Shown here one piece after another: positions 32,346 to 32,870 of a stretch of 32,870 nt of DNA (position 1 is its first letter; every line of letters begins with the position of its first letter). The stretch is from Prasinococcaceae sp. CCMP 1430. Taxonomy: Eukaryota; Plantae; Prasinodermophyta. The stretch lies in the NCBI GenBank assembly GCA_013416795.1, contig RQSC01000626.1, forward strand, positions 1-32,870. The letters run 5' to 3'. The notes below the pieces were generated by a model. The model had not been told where the DNA came from. It searched no databases and worked only from the letters and a program-made list of their open reading frames with translations. A program made the translations under genes and the position numbers.

Positions 32346-32870
32346 TCCCTCGAGCGCGCCGCAGCGCCCCGGCCTGTCCCGCGAGCCCGCGGCGCGCGCG
32401 CGCGGCGCGCGGGCCGCACGCGTGACCTGGATCGCGCGTGCATGTTCGCGCCGTTCGTTTTAACCATGCCTGCGCGGCCGTACGCCCGAAGGTCACTTCG
32501 CGTGCGTGCGGTGTGTTTGATGGCGCTTTCGCTTTGCGCGCGCGTGTCTCTGCGAAAGGGGGGGCTCCCCCCTCCCCGCGGCGTGCGTTTCGATGGGGAT
32601 CCGCCGCGCGCGCGCGGGGCGGGCGGAGCGGCGCTTTCGCTCCGCGGATCCGCGGGGGCGGCGTGTGCGAACGCACGCGTTCGCGCCGCGGTTCCGCGCG
32701 CGCCGCGCGCGCGCAACTCCGCTGTTTTTGTTCGCCCGGGTCCGCGCGCGCGCGAAAAACTGAAAAACACGCCGCGCGCGCGGGGTGGGGGGGCCCGGGT
32801 ATCGCCGTTTCGCGGAAACGCGGGGGGGGAGCGCGCGCATCGCCGCGGGTTCGTCCCGCGCGGGTCTATC

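Noticed and set aside
32340-32870. Short ORFs at the window end
   Set aside because: CG-repeat-rich, no recognisable motifs; probably the intergenic or 5' region of the next gene

Overview
This is eukaryotic nuclear DNA, not a prokaryotic window. It is very GC-rich, gene-dense and has spliceosomal introns. Plant-type MenB, HemD and ABA4, a green-algal-style transit peptide and TTTAGGG-type telo-box motifs point to a compact green-algal (prasinophyte-like) genome; the species cannot be named from sequence alone. About 17 genes are supported, mostly in alternating divergent/convergent pairs: TRM112, a PH-ankyrin-FH1-FH2 formin, SRAP/HMCES, a Kelch protein, DCN1, HemD, a DZIP1-like coiled-coil protein, an unknown plastid-type tail-anchored protein, a GNAT, YqgF/RuvX, a PPR protein, ABA4, an amino-acid transporter, MenB, COA5/PET191, a standalone RibB and PRP3. 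The most striking observation is two short bacterial coding fragments at the 5' ends of host genes, in the same orientation as the host gene. One is a sigma-54 activator (PrsR/NtrC-like) piece abutting the DCN1 start codon. The other is an RpiB/LacAB-family isomerase piece fused in frame to PRP3. These are either chimeric assembly from bacterial contaminant reads (more likely, since most 5' gene ends here are gapped or damaged) or genuine capture of bacterial DNA. Other points of interest are the formin domain architecture, recurring promoter motifs, apparently periodic CG blocks and an unusual intron branch-point layout. No rRNA, tRNA, CRISPR array or intact transposase was recognised.
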